NCBI GenBank assembly: GCA_038257035.1
Contig: JBBSJT010000017.1
Span: 1 to 27,551, forward strand
Length of the DNA: 27,551 nt
Source of the DNA: Chlamydiia bacterium
Lineage (GTDB): Bacteria; Chlamydiota; Chlamydiia; Chlamydiales; Parachlamydiaceae
Reading direction: 5' to 3'
The position numbers were made by a program, and so were the translations under genes. This document shows, piece after piece, positions 9,266 to 24,577 of the stretch. The notes beneath the pieces are model-generated. The model saw nothing but the letters and a program-made list of their open reading frames with translations, was not told the origin of the DNA and did not search any database. Position 1 is the stretch's first letter, and the number at the start of each line of letters is the position of its first letter.

Positions 9266-9838
9266 ATGGCACAAGTTAGTACAAATGAATTTAAATCAGG
9301 CATTAAAATTGTCTTTGAAGGTCAACCTTACACGATTGTAACAAACGAATTCGTCAAGCCCGGTAAAGGTCAAGCCTTTAACAGGGTCAGAATTAAACAT
9401 TTGATTTCCGGTCGTACGATCGAAAAAACATTCAAATCCGGCGAAAAAGTCGATGTTGCAGACGTTGAAGAATCTGAAATGCGTTTACTTTATAAAGAAG
9501 CTGATGGTGCTGTCTTTATGGATGAAAAAAGCTATGAACAAATTACAATTCCATTTGATAATATAGGCGATACAGCCCAGTGGTTAATGGACGATCGCAT
9601 GTATGACATCGTATTTTACAACGGTGCTCCGGTTAGTGTTGAGCCTCCAACTTTTATGGAAATGCGCGTTAAAGAGACATCCCCGGGGGCTCGTGGTGAT
9701 ACAGCTTCAGGAAGAGTTCTTAAACCTTCAGTTGTTGAAAGCGGCGCAAAGGTTCAGATTCCAATCTTTATCGATGAAGGTGAAATCATTAAAGTGGACA
9801 CAAGAACCGGCGAATATGTTTCAAGAGTCACAGCTTAA
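9266..9838 (+). CDS. efp: Elongation factor P
   Basis: FVKPGKGQAF loop with the modified Lys; PGARGDTA and IKVDTRTGEYVSR motifs. Confidence 0.97.
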   Translation: MAQVSTNEFKSGIKIVFEGQPYTIVTNEFVKPGKGQAFNRVRIKHLISGRTIEKTFKSGEKVDVADVEESEMRLLYKEADGAVFMDEKSYEQITIPFDNIGDTAQWLMDDRMYDIVFYNGAPVSVEPPTFMEMRVKETSPGARGDTASGRVLKPSVVESGAKVQIPIFIDEGEIIKVDTRTGEYVSRVTA

Positions 9839-10772
9839 AATTCAGCTTCTTAATGACCGGGCTTTTATGTTAAGAGAAGCCCGCGATTTCTTTTTTGACA
9901 GGCAAATCATGGAAGTTGATTGCCCGTTGATCACAAAATATGCATCCATAGATGCTCATATCGATCTAATTCCGATCCAATATTTAGAAACAGAAACACG
10001 CTATCTACATTCGTCTCCTGAATATGGAATGAAGCGCCTTTTGAGTTTAGCAATTGGCGATATTTACCAACTTGCTCATGTTTTTCGCAACGAAGGCCAT
10101 GGAAAAAAGCATAACCCTGAATTTATGATGGCTGAATGGTACCGCATGGGCTTTACTCTAAATCAGATGATCGATGAAACAGTTGCTTTTATCAAATTAT
10201 TTATTGGCAATACTCCTGTCATAAAATTATCTTATCGCGAAACTTTTCTAAAATTTACCAGAGTTGATTATTTAACGGCCAATATTTCACAATTAGAAGC
10301 TATTTTAAAAAACCATCAAATTGAACCCTATTTGGGAATTGAAAATGAAGGAAAAGATGCTTACCTCAATTTAATTTTGGGTACCATCATTGAAAAAGAA
10401 CTTGGCAAAAACGAAATATTTGTTCTTTACCATTACCCTGCTTCACAAGCAGCTCTTGCTAAGACCTTAATTGTAAACGATGAAATTGTAGCCGAACGGT
10501 TTGAAATTTATCATCAGGGCATTGAGCTTTGCAATGGGTATCATGAACTTCTAAATGTTGATGAACAAAGAGAACGTTTTGAACAAGCTAACCTTGAGCG
10601 TTTATCTTTAAATAAAAATGAACTTCCCATCGATGAATATTTTTTACAAGCCTTACAAAAGGGCATTCCGGATTGCTCTGGTGTCGCTGTTGGCTTTGAT
10701 CGTCTGATGATGCTGCGGCATAATGCTGCACATATCGAACAAGTGGTCCCCTTCGCTTGGCCCACCGCTTAA
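9816..10772 (+). CDS. epmA: EF-P lysine aminoacylase (EpmA/GenX/PoxA)
   Basis: Class II LysRS catalytic domain without anticodon domain: YLHSSPEYGMKRLL, FRNE..HNPEF, ERFE..GIELCNGY, GVAVGFDRL; start at ATG 9816 overlapping the efp 3' end. Confidence 0.93.
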   Translation: MFQESQLKIQLLNDRAFMLREARDFFFDRQIMEVDCPLITKYASIDAHIDLIPIQYLETETRYLHSSPEYGMKRLLSLAIGDIYQLAHVFRNEGHGKKHNPEFMMAEWYRMGFTLNQMIDETVAFIKLFIGNTPVIKLSYRETFLKFTRVDYLTANISQLEAILKNHQIEPYLGIENEGKDAYLNLILGTIIEKELGKNEIFVLYHYPASQAALAKTLIVNDEIVAERFEIYHQGIELCNGYHELLNVDEQRERFEQANLERLSLNKNELPIDEYFLQALQKGIPDCSGVAVGFDRLMMLRHNAAHIEQVVPFAWPTA

Positions 10773-10880
10773 GAAATATTTTTCAACTTGAAATCTCTTT
10801 AGATTAAAATCAATTAGTGATAGATATAAAAATTGCATAAAGTTGTTCCGTTTACAAACGCTCAATCTAAAGAGGATTAT

Positions 10881-12065
10881 ATGGAAAAAAATAGGCGCAT
10901 AATCTGGATTTTGTCTTTTTGTTGTATTCCTTTTGGAGTCTATGGCCAAGAAACTTCAGCTTTGAGTATCTGGGATACATATTTTTCTTATTCTTTAGAT
11001 GAATTGGAAGCGCTACGATCTTTACCAATTGCCAATGAAGAACTTAACCAACAGAAGTATGAAGCATTGAATTCCATGATTGAGGAATTAACTGCAAAAC
11101 CATTACCAGATGGGCTTGCAACTCGTTGTATCGCTTATTTAAATGTTGCCCAACGAGATTTTGCTCTTTTATCCCATCAAATCGCTCAAAAGTTCGTTGG
11201 AAATGTTGATTTATTAACACTAAAAATTTCTCGACTTGTTAATGCAGAGTTTCGCCCTTCAGATTCTATTCAGGTTGATGCCTTTTCCTCTAAAATAAGC
11301 GAAATTGTATTTCGCAAAATTGAAGAGCGCTTTAAAGAAGAGCAGGCCCATCTTAAAGATTATCCACCTAAATTGGGGGCTAACTTTTGGAAGGAAGAAC
11401 CCCCTTATTTGGGCCAACGCATTGGAACTTGCAAACTTTGGCTAGTTCCCTCTCTTAAAAGTGTAGAAGTCATGCCACCACCTAATTTTGATAGTATTAT
11501 TTGGTCATTTGGCATAGACCAAATTCTGTTTGATCAAACTCGTCTAACTCCTACGATGAACAAGCTTATCTTTTGGTGGGGGGGTCAGGATGGGCCAAAT
11601 TCAGGAAACTGGCTTGCAATCGCTAATACACATTTACAAGAAAAAAACTTAGCTTTTCAAGACTTTTTATTTGTACGTGCTACTTTAGCTATGGGTTATG
11701 TTGATGCTCTAACTGCTGCATTTGACGCTAAATATACCTATTGGGTACAGCGTCCTCATATGCGCAATTCTAAAGTTGTTCAAGTTATCAACTGCCCTAA
11801 ACACCCGAGTTACCCTTCAGCCCACTCTGTTACTTCGGCAGCTTCTGCTACTATCCTTTCTTATTTCTTTCCGGATGAAAAAGAAAAATGGCAAAAGATG
11901 GTTTTTGAAGCCGGCAGTTCGCGCATTTGGGGAGGATTGCACTATATGTACGATAATGAAGCCGGCTTAATTCAAGGAGAAAAAGTAGGAAGACAGGTGA
12001 TCGAACATTTAGCTAATCCTCCTATCCAAGCAGAAACTTCTGCCGCAAAATTGAACGCGTTATAG
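10881..12065 (+). CDS. Exported PAP2-superfamily protein, vanadium-dependent haloperoxidase-like/acid phosphatase
   Basis: KxxxxxxRP (KYTYWVQRP), PSYPSAH and SRIWGGLHY motifs; AGAGGA RBS before ATG 10881; N-terminal signal peptide. Confidence 0.85.
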   Translation: MEKNRRIIWILSFCCIPFGVYGQETSALSIWDTYFSYSLDELEALRSLPIANEELNQQKYEALNSMIEELTAKPLPDGLATRCIAYLNVAQRDFALLSHQIAQKFVGNVDLLTLKISRLVNAEFRPSDSIQVDAFSSKISEIVFRKIEERFKEEQAHLKDYPPKLGANFWKEEPPYLGQRIGTCKLWLVPSLKSVEVMPPPNFDSIIWSFGIDQILFDQTRLTPTMNKLIFWWGGQDGPNSGNWLAIANTHLQEKNLAFQDFLFVRATLAMGYVDALTAAFDAKYTYWVQRPHMRNSKVVQVINCPKHPSYPSAHSVTSAASATILSYFFPDEKEKWQKMVFEAGSSRIWGGLHYMYDNEAGLIQGEKVGRQVIEHLANPPIQAETSAAKLNAL

Positions 12066-12104
12066 GTTTAACAATAAAAAAGCGATGTACAATTCGTATT
12101 TTAA

Positions 12105-12214
12105 TTTTTTAACCAGTGAGGCAGTGAGAAAGGCATTAGGACAGAGAGTAAGTCATGAAATTACTGACCACTAACAGTCCTCACAACATTAAAACTGCCT
12201 CATTGGTAAAAAAA
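12105..12214. repeat. Degenerate long palindromic element (family C)
   Basis: TTTTTTAACCAGTGAGGCAGT (12105-12125) pairs with ACTGCCTCATTGGTAAAAAAA (12194-12214), 2 mismatches in 21. Confidence 0.65.
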
Positions 12215-12305
12215 TCTAAAACTTTACTTTTTAAGATTATCCAGCCTTACGTATTCACTCTTAATCTCTCTTGGTAACAAACTTAAAAAAATCAAGACTC
12301 CATGC

Positions 12306-12332
12306 TTAGCACTTGAGGTTTAGAATTGCTAA
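12306..12332 (+). promoter_or_regulatory. CIRCE operator (HrcA-binding site)
   Basis: TTAGCACTT-N9-AATTGCTAA versus consensus TTAGCACTC-N9-GAGTGCTAA, upstream of groES. Confidence 0.9.
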
Positions 12333-12350
12333 AAAAAATGATTCTGCCTC

Positions 12351-12379
12351 TTGACAGATAAGATTTCCTTACTTAAAAT
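12351..12379 (+). promoter_or_regulatory. Sigma70/66 promoter of groESL
   Basis: TTGACA-N17-TAAAAT. Confidence 0.85.
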
Positions 12380-12415
12380 GAATCTTCCTAAACATTTCAT
12401 TTGGAGATCTGTAAG

Positions 12416-12715
12416 ATGAATAACATAAAACCACTTGGTAATCGCGTTTTAATTAAACGTTCAAAAGCTAAAACGACAAAAGGGGGAATTATTCTTCCTG
12501 AAACAGCGAAAGAAAAACCAAAAGAAGGGATTGTCCTTAATATCGGTCCCGGGAAAATCAATGAAGATGGTCACCTCGAACAAATGCATGTAAAGATCAA
12601 TGACACGGTTTTATTTAGCTCATATTCCGGCACAGAAGTTAAGAATCAAGAAAATAATGATGAAGAATACCTCATCATGTCAGAAGATGATATTCTTGGA
12701 ATCCTTTCAAACTAA
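12416..12715 (+). CDS. groES: Co-chaperonin GroES
   Basis: IKPLGNRVLI, TKGGIILPETAKEKP and EDDILGI motifs; GGAG RBS at 12403-12406 favours ATG 12416. Confidence 0.97.
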   Translation: MNNIKPLGNRVLIKRSKAKTTKGGIILPETAKEKPKEGIVLNIGPGKINEDGHLEQMHVKINDTVLFSSYSGTEVKNQENNDEEYLIMSEDDILGILSN

Positions 12716-12729
12716 ATACTAAACTTTAA

Positions 12730-14424
<1,695 letters not shown>

Positions 14425-14452
14425 TCCAGAACATGCTTTAAAAGAAAACACT

Positions 14453-14480
14453 AATCCCCTTGGAGTAATTCAAGGGGATT
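14453..14480 (+). other. Stem-loop after groEL (weak terminator or mRNA-stabilising hairpin)
   Basis: AATCCCCTTG-N8-CAAGGGGATT; no good downstream T-tract. Confidence 0.55.
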
Positions 14481-14500
14481 GAATTTAAGGATCAAATATT

Positions 14501-14767
14501 ATGCCTACATACGACTACACCTGCCGAAATTGCGAAGCCAAAAGCGAAGTCCTACAAAAAATAACGGACGAGCCCTTAACAACCTGCAAGCATTGCCTTC
14601 AAAAAACCTTAAAAAGGGGCTTTGGTGGTGGATTGAACCTTGTATTTAAAGGTGCGGGTTTTTATGTCAATGATTACTGCCCTCCAAAACCAAACGATGT
14701 GAAGCCACCTCACGATGGCTCCTTTGCTCCCTGCCCTTGCGGCAAAGCCTCCCCCTGCTCCAAATAA
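14501..14767 (+). CDS. FmdB-family zinc-ribbon protein
   Basis: MPTYDYTCRNC...CKHC...FKGAGFYVNDY. Confidence 0.88.
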   Translation: MPTYDYTCRNCEAKSEVLQKITDEPLTTCKHCLQKTLKRGFGGGLNLVFKGAGFYVNDYCPPKPNDVKPPHDGSFAPCPCGKASPCSK

Positions 14768-14800
14768 GCTAAAAATTAATCATGAAATCCTGTAATATTC

Positions 14801-14837
14801 TTTCAACGCAAAAAAAAACAGAAAAGGCGAAAAAGAA
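14801..14837 (+). repeat. Degenerate left arm of the family-B palindrome, directly upstream of the GxxExxY start codon
   Basis: TTTCAACGCAAA is identical to 15228-15239 and is followed by AAAGGCGAAAAAGA resembling AAAGGCGCAAAGA. Confidence 0.6.
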
Positions 14838-15215
14838 ATGGAAAATGAAATTTCTCACAAGATTATCGGCGCTGCAATTGAAGTCCATAGGATTCTCGGT
14901 GGTCCAGGACTGCTTGAAAGTATATATGAAAGCTCACTATGTCATGAACTTTCACTAAGGGGTTTAAAAATCAAAAGACAACTTTATGTTCCAGTAAAAT
15001 ATAAAGATGTTGTTGTAAGAGAACCCTTATGCCTAGATATACTTGTAGAGAACAAAGTAATTATTGAAATTAAAGCTACCGAAAAAGAAAATTCTATTCA
15101 TCAAGCTCAACTATTAACTTATTTAAGATTAACAGGCATGAAACTTGGACTTTTAATCAATTTTGGCAATGTATCTGCAAAAGAGGGTATCAAACGAGTC
15201 GTTAATGAATTATAA
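14838..15215 (+). CDS. GxxExxY protein (PD-(D/E)XK nuclease superfamily)
   Basis: GPGLLESIY motif, D..VENKVIIEIK catalytic-type motif, AQLLTYL and GLLINFG. Confidence 0.93.
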   Translation: MENEISHKIIGAAIEVHRILGGPGLLESIYESSLCHELSLRGLKIKRQLYVPVKYKDVVVREPLCLDILVENKVIIEIKATEKENSIHQAQLLTYLRLTGMKLGLLINFGNVSAKEGIKRVVNEL

Positions 15216-15222
15216 AATTTTA

Positions 15223-15353
15223 GATTTTTTCAACGCAAAGAAGCTGCAAAAGACGCAAAGGCGCAAAGATTAAAAAACACTTTTTGTTTACTTAAAGTTT
15301 GTTTATTCTTTGCGCCTTTGCGTCTTTTGCAGCTTCTTTGCGTTGAAAAAATC
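15223..15353. repeat. Family-B long palindromic element (CGCAAAG subunits)
   Basis: Perfect 47-bp inverted arms 15223-15269 and 15307-15353 around a 37-nt AT-rich spacer, starting 8 bp after the GxxExxY stop. Confidence 0.92.
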
Positions 15354-15380
15354 CCTGAGTTATAATCCTTACCGTCTTAG

Positions 15381-17453
15381 CTAGCTTGCTTTTTGTTTTT
15401 TATCGGTGGCGTTCTCATTCACTAATTCTGATTCTGCTTTACGTTTACGAAGGTTTTCGACATCCATAAATGAGTTAGCAAAGAAGTCATCTGTAACATT
15501 GCCCGAAGTTACTACAGCCACGTCCTTCTGCTGCACATAATCATTAGGATTAAATTCTCCTTTTTCTGCAATAAGTGCAGCTATAGACTCTACCGACTTA
15601 TCCGAATTCATCGCCTTTTCCAATTCATCATGAGGCACTCCAAAGGTCACTTTCATGAACATGCGCTTAAAATCAAAAAGTGTAGGCTCACCTTTAATAG
15701 TGAACTGCAAAAGCTGGCTCAATTTTTTAGGCTCATAAAATGCTTCCTCCTGTTCAGGAAATAAAACATGAATTAGAGGTAAGAAAAGCTCACATGCCTT
15801 TTGTGTTTTCAATTTACACTCTGCTACTTTAAAAGTGCTATTTTCTTTGCAAAGGTTTATAAGGGCATCTAGGGGCTCTTCATTTTCAAGTGCAATATTG
15901 ACCAATTTTCTGTCTACACCGCTCGTTAAAGCAAGAAAGCATCTCCATAATGTAAATAGTTCAGGGTCTTTATCCTTAACACGAATATCTAAAATAGCGG
16001 CCAAATTTGAGGGTTCGAAAAATAAGGGATTTTTAATCGTATCAAAAAGTGTTTTAGCAAAGTCAATTGTCATGCCACAAGCTTTTTTGTATAGATTAAA
16101 ATAAAACTGACCATCAAATGTATTAAGTTCTCCTAAGGCAATGACAGGATGTTCATTAAAAATGGCCTCATCTCTTTTTACCGGATCGACACCTTTAGTC
16201 ATGAATTTAAATAGCTCCCAAGTGATCATCACATCATTTTTGGCATCGTGTGCACCACTAACATTAATTCCAAAAAGGGGGGCTAAATATTCTTGTTTAA
16301 AAAATCCACTTACCGGAATGCCTTTAACTCCTTTAAATCGATTTTTTGCTTGAAAATAGGTATCAAAGCTTTTCCAGTCCCTATTGGATAATCCTGTGAG
16401 TTCGCATTCTGCTTTATGTAATTTTTTATCAAATCCCCAAAAATTATGGCCTACAGCTACAGCTACACCATTAGCAACTTTTTTAACTTCTGAATCTATG
16501 ATTTCATCAAGTTTTAGCCAAACTGCCTTAAAATTACCGGCATCTTTTACATCAGCATCAAAAAATCCATGAATTGCAGAAGAGCCTCTTGGGATCGGCA
16601 TCTCTGGGTTGATCATCTCATCTAAAATGATGCTTTTAGCAGGTTCTTTCTCATTCGGAATAAAAACAGCCACTTGAATAGCTCTTGGATTTGGATAACC
16701 CGGTAAAAATAAGCCTGTTGATTCATAATCGATGACTAGAAAAACAATTTTGGCATCTTTAATATCTATGGGCTTATCTTTTGAAATCACTTTAGAAGCT
16801 TTTAATGAGGCTAATTCTTTGTTATGAGGTCTTATTACATCGGCAGCTTTTATTATGGGATTTTGAAAATCAAGGCTTGCAACCAAAACTTCATTTAAGG
16901 GTGCACATCCCACCATTTTATCAAAAATCCCACGAGTCATGATCACATCTTCTACCGCATCATGAGCTTTGCCGACCGGCACGCTCAAAGTGTGGCAGAT
17001 CATAGATAAAGAGCCTTCTCCTGGTATTTTTAAAGCATTTTTTAAGTATAAAGTGTCAAAAGGCTTCCAGAAATTTGGAATGGCAATTTTCGTGATTGTC
17101 AAACACCTTGCAACTTCCGATTTTAAAATGTTCCAATCACATTGAAAACCATTGTGCATCACAATAATGGCTTTACGATTTCCATCAAGTTTCTTGTTTA
17201 TCCAGGTAACAACCTGAGGCCACACTTCACTAAAAGGTAAACGTTGTTGCCCATTTGGGGCCGATTCTAAAACTTTTGTGGCCAATTCTTTTGGAGGCTG
17301 AATGTAGCGATTAAAAATACTCTTTTCTGCCTTTCTTGCAGGGTCGAGAATGGCAATTTGAGTAATACAAGGTTCGGGTTCGGATGCCTGTTTTTTTACT
17401 CTATCAAATTCAAGATCTAGAAAATAGTGACGCGGAATTAAATTAGTATTCAT
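15381..17453 (-). CDS. Protein with two tandem DEDDh (DnaQ-like) 3'-5' exonuclease domains, degenerate C-terminal repeats and a basic tail
   Basis: Domain 1 DLE / HNGFQCD / HDAVED; domain 2 DYEST / HNFWGFD / HDAKND; GGAG RBS favours ATG 17453 over TTG 17465. Confidence 0.85.
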   Translation of the reverse strand: MNTNLIPRHYFLDLEFDRVKKQASEPEPCITQIAILDPARKAEKSIFNRYIQPPKELATKVLESAPNGQQRLPFSEVWPQVVTWINKKLDGNRKAIIVMHNGFQCDWNILKSEVARCLTITKIAIPNFWKPFDTLYLKNALKIPGEGSLSMICHTLSVPVGKAHDAVEDVIMTRGIFDKMVGCAPLNEVLVASLDFQNPIIKAADVIRPHNKELASLKASKVISKDKPIDIKDAKIVFLVIDYESTGLFLPGYPNPRAIQVAVFIPNEKEPAKSIILDEMINPEMPIPRGSSAIHGFFDADVKDAGNFKAVWLKLDEIIDSEVKKVANGVAVAVGHNFWGFDKKLHKAECELTGLSNRDWKSFDTYFQAKNRFKGVKGIPVSGFFKQEYLAPLFGINVSGAHDAKNDVMITWELFKFMTKGVDPVKRDEAIFNEHPVIALGELNTFDGQFYFNLYKKACGMTIDFAKTLFDTIKNPLFFEPSNLAAILDIRVKDKDPELFTLWRCFLALTSGVDRKLVNIALENEEPLDALINLCKENSTFKVAECKLKTQKACELFLPLIHVLFPEQEEAFYEPKKLSQLLQFTIKGEPTLFDFKRMFMKVTFGVPHDELEKAMNSDKSVESIAALIAEKGEFNPNDYVQQKDVAVVTSGNVTDDFFANSFMDVENLRKRKAESELVNENATDKKQKAS

Positions 17454-17525
17454 AAGTGTCTCCAAAAGTTAAAAATATGTTTTGACTTAAAAAAGGGTCA
17501 TTGTCAAGTTTTTTCTTTAATTCTA

Positions 17526-19469
17526 TTATTGTTGGGTTACTGTGTAAGCCCCTCTTGAAACATCCAATAAAATTTTTCCTTTCAAACGTTTTTGATGTGA
17601 AGCCATTTCATTCTTTATTAATTTCGTTACCTGTTTTTCTACCTCTTTACAAAAGATTCGCCCGCCAAAACGAAGGTCGACTTCAATTTTTATAAGCTTC
17701 TCAATAAGCTTATGCGTCCATTTCAATTCAATTTCTGCTTGGCCTTTTAGACGCAAAGCAATTTTTTTCAATTCGATTTCGCAAAGACCGGGCAACTGTT
17801 TTTGTTGAATCGGCATAAAAGGCACAATTGCATCAAGGCGTCCGCACATTTCAATGCTCAGTTCTTTAACAAGTATTGGTTTTAGACTTTCAACAAGTTT
17901 TTCTTTATTCGTTTCTTGAGCCTTTTCAAAAGAATCGCTCGATCCTAAATTGGAAGTTAAAATAAACAAAGTGTTTCTGCAATCCACGGCTACATTTGCA
18001 CAACGATCCGTTAATACTCCGCGATCAAAAGCTTGTAAGAAAAGTTTCCTTACATCATCATGAGCCTTTTCAATTTCATCAAATAAAACAACTCTGAAAG
18101 GATTTTGAATAAGTGCATTTGTCAGCATACCTCCTGATTCATGGCCCACATAACCTGCCGGTGAACCAATTAAATTAGAAACGGTATGACTTTCCTTATA
18201 CTCAGATCCATCCAAAATAATGAGTGCCTCTTTATTATGATAAAGGTGTTTTGCAAGTTGTTTGGCAAGTTCAGTCTTTCCAACACCTGTTGGGCCTGCA
18301 AAAAGAAAAACACCCCAAGGTTTATTCTCATGTGAAATGCCCATTTTCCAGCTGGTTACAAATTCTGCAACAATGTCAATAGCATGATCTTGGCCGAGGA
18401 TATTTTCTTTTAATTTGGCTTTAAAGCGCTGCTCATTAAAAATTGAGTCATCCATTAAGTCTTCAAAAGGTATATCTGTTTTTAAAGAAATAAATTTTGC
18501 AATTTCTTCACGTTCAATTTTGATTTCGGCATCTTTTGGAGCATGAATCAATAATTCATTTCCTACTTGTGCTATAATTTGAATCGCTTTTATTGGCAGC
18601 GGCAATCCTTTAATGTATTTATCGGAAAGTCTCACGGCAAGATCCACACTATCTTCTGTACATTGAATTTGTGCCAAATTCATATTTTTTAAATGCCTTA
18701 ACACAATTTCATTAACTTCATTTAATGGGCTTGTCTTGATTTCAAGAGGTGAAAAATGATGATATCCTAACATTTTAGTAATGTTTTTAATTTCATCCTC
18801 TGAAATTTCTGCACCCATCGAGGCAATAAAGGGAAAAGGTCGCTTAAATAACATATGCATGAAATCAACAACTTTAGGCATAACCATAAGGGATCCTATA
18901 TCTTTAAAATAAAGAATCGATTGTTGTTTTTGAGGTGCAAAATGTTTTTCTACAACTTCTTTTAACTGTTCAACAATACCTTCAGCATGTTGTTCATCGA
19001 TATTTGCAGCAATTAATTCACGGCAACCAATACAGTAAATATTTTTGCCCTGCCATTTCGAATGCAAACTGATTTGTTTGTAACTTGCAGAAACTTTACT
19101 AACAATCGATTCCTTACCAATACCAGGAGGCCCCAAAAGAAGTGGACGAATTCCTGACTCAATCATAACCATTATTTTTTGAGCTTCCTCTTCACGACCA
19201 ATAACAGGCTGTTGATTTTCATTCAAACACTTAAGAAAGGGGGAAAATGCTTCAAATTTAGTTCTACTATTAGCCTTTGTCACTCTTACTCTTTTTCGGC
19301 TTGTGGTTGTTTTAGTAGCTTTCAGAGATCCATTTGATCGCAAAGGATAGCGGTTTGAATTCTCATATTCTTCATCCATTTCAAAAGATTCATCAGAGAT
19401 ATTACTACCCTCATGGTATGTTGTAAAACCTTTATTAAAAAAATCATCTACGTTATTACTAATATTCAT
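17526..19469 (-). CDS. ClpA/ClpB-like AAA+ ATPase, atypical (no Clp N-domain, degenerate first AAA module)
   Basis: PVIGREEE; D2 module intact: GPTGVGKTELAK, GSPAGYVG, VLFDEIEKAH, TSNLG; D1 has GPPGIGKE and ILYFKD; AAGGAG RBS. Confidence 0.88.
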   Translation of the reverse strand: MNISNNVDDFFNKGFTTYHEGSNISDESFEMDEEYENSNRYPLRSNGSLKATKTTTSRKRVRVTKANSRTKFEAFSPFLKCLNENQQPVIGREEEAQKIMVMIESGIRPLLLGPPGIGKESIVSKVSASYKQISLHSKWQGKNIYCIGCRELIAANIDEQHAEGIVEQLKEVVEKHFAPQKQQSILYFKDIGSLMVMPKVVDFMHMLFKRPFPFIASMGAEISEDEIKNITKMLGYHHFSPLEIKTSPLNEVNEIVLRHLKNMNLAQIQCTEDSVDLAVRLSDKYIKGLPLPIKAIQIIAQVGNELLIHAPKDAEIKIEREEIAKFISLKTDIPFEDLMDDSIFNEQRFKAKLKENILGQDHAIDIVAEFVTSWKMGISHENKPWGVFLFAGPTGVGKTELAKQLAKHLYHNKEALIILDGSEYKESHTVSNLIGSPAGYVGHESGGMLTNALIQNPFRVVLFDEIEKAHDDVRKLFLQAFDRGVLTDRCANVAVDCRNTLFILTSNLGSSDSFEKAQETNKEKLVESLKPILVKELSIEMCGRLDAIVPFMPIQQKQLPGLCEIELKKIALRLKGQAEIELKWTHKLIEKLIKIEVDLRFGGRIFCKEVEKQVTKLIKNEMASHQKRLKGKILLDVSRGAYTVTQQ

Positions 19470-19593
19470 AAAGCTCCTTTGTAGTATTAAAAAATAGATA
19501 TACTCCTAAAATTTATATTATGTAAATTTTTATTTGAATTTATTGAATCGCCACCCTATATCTGGAATTTATAACTTTTTTAAGGAGCGTCAC

Positions 19594-24482
<4,889 letters not shown>

Positions 24483-24577
24483 ATTGAGTCTTCCTACATT
24501 TAGGTGCTTGATCAAAAAGACCCTCTATAACGCTTCAAGGCCGGTTCGTGCATAAGTGCATAGCTTTTATTTTCATT

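Noticed and set aside
9603..9815. Long N-terminal extension of EpmA in the ORF track
   Set aside because: Overlaps efp out of frame and has no synthetase similarity; ATG 9816 is the likelier start
15223..15353. Integron attC site (AAC...GTT at the ends of a long palindrome following a small gene)
   Set aside because: The arms are perfectly complementary with no extrahelical bases, the R boxes do not fit RYYYAAC/GTTRRRY well, and there is no integrase or cassette array
19508..19530. AT-rich near-palindrome in the divergent Clp/large-gene spacer
   Set aside because: Expected by chance at this AT content; no second instance
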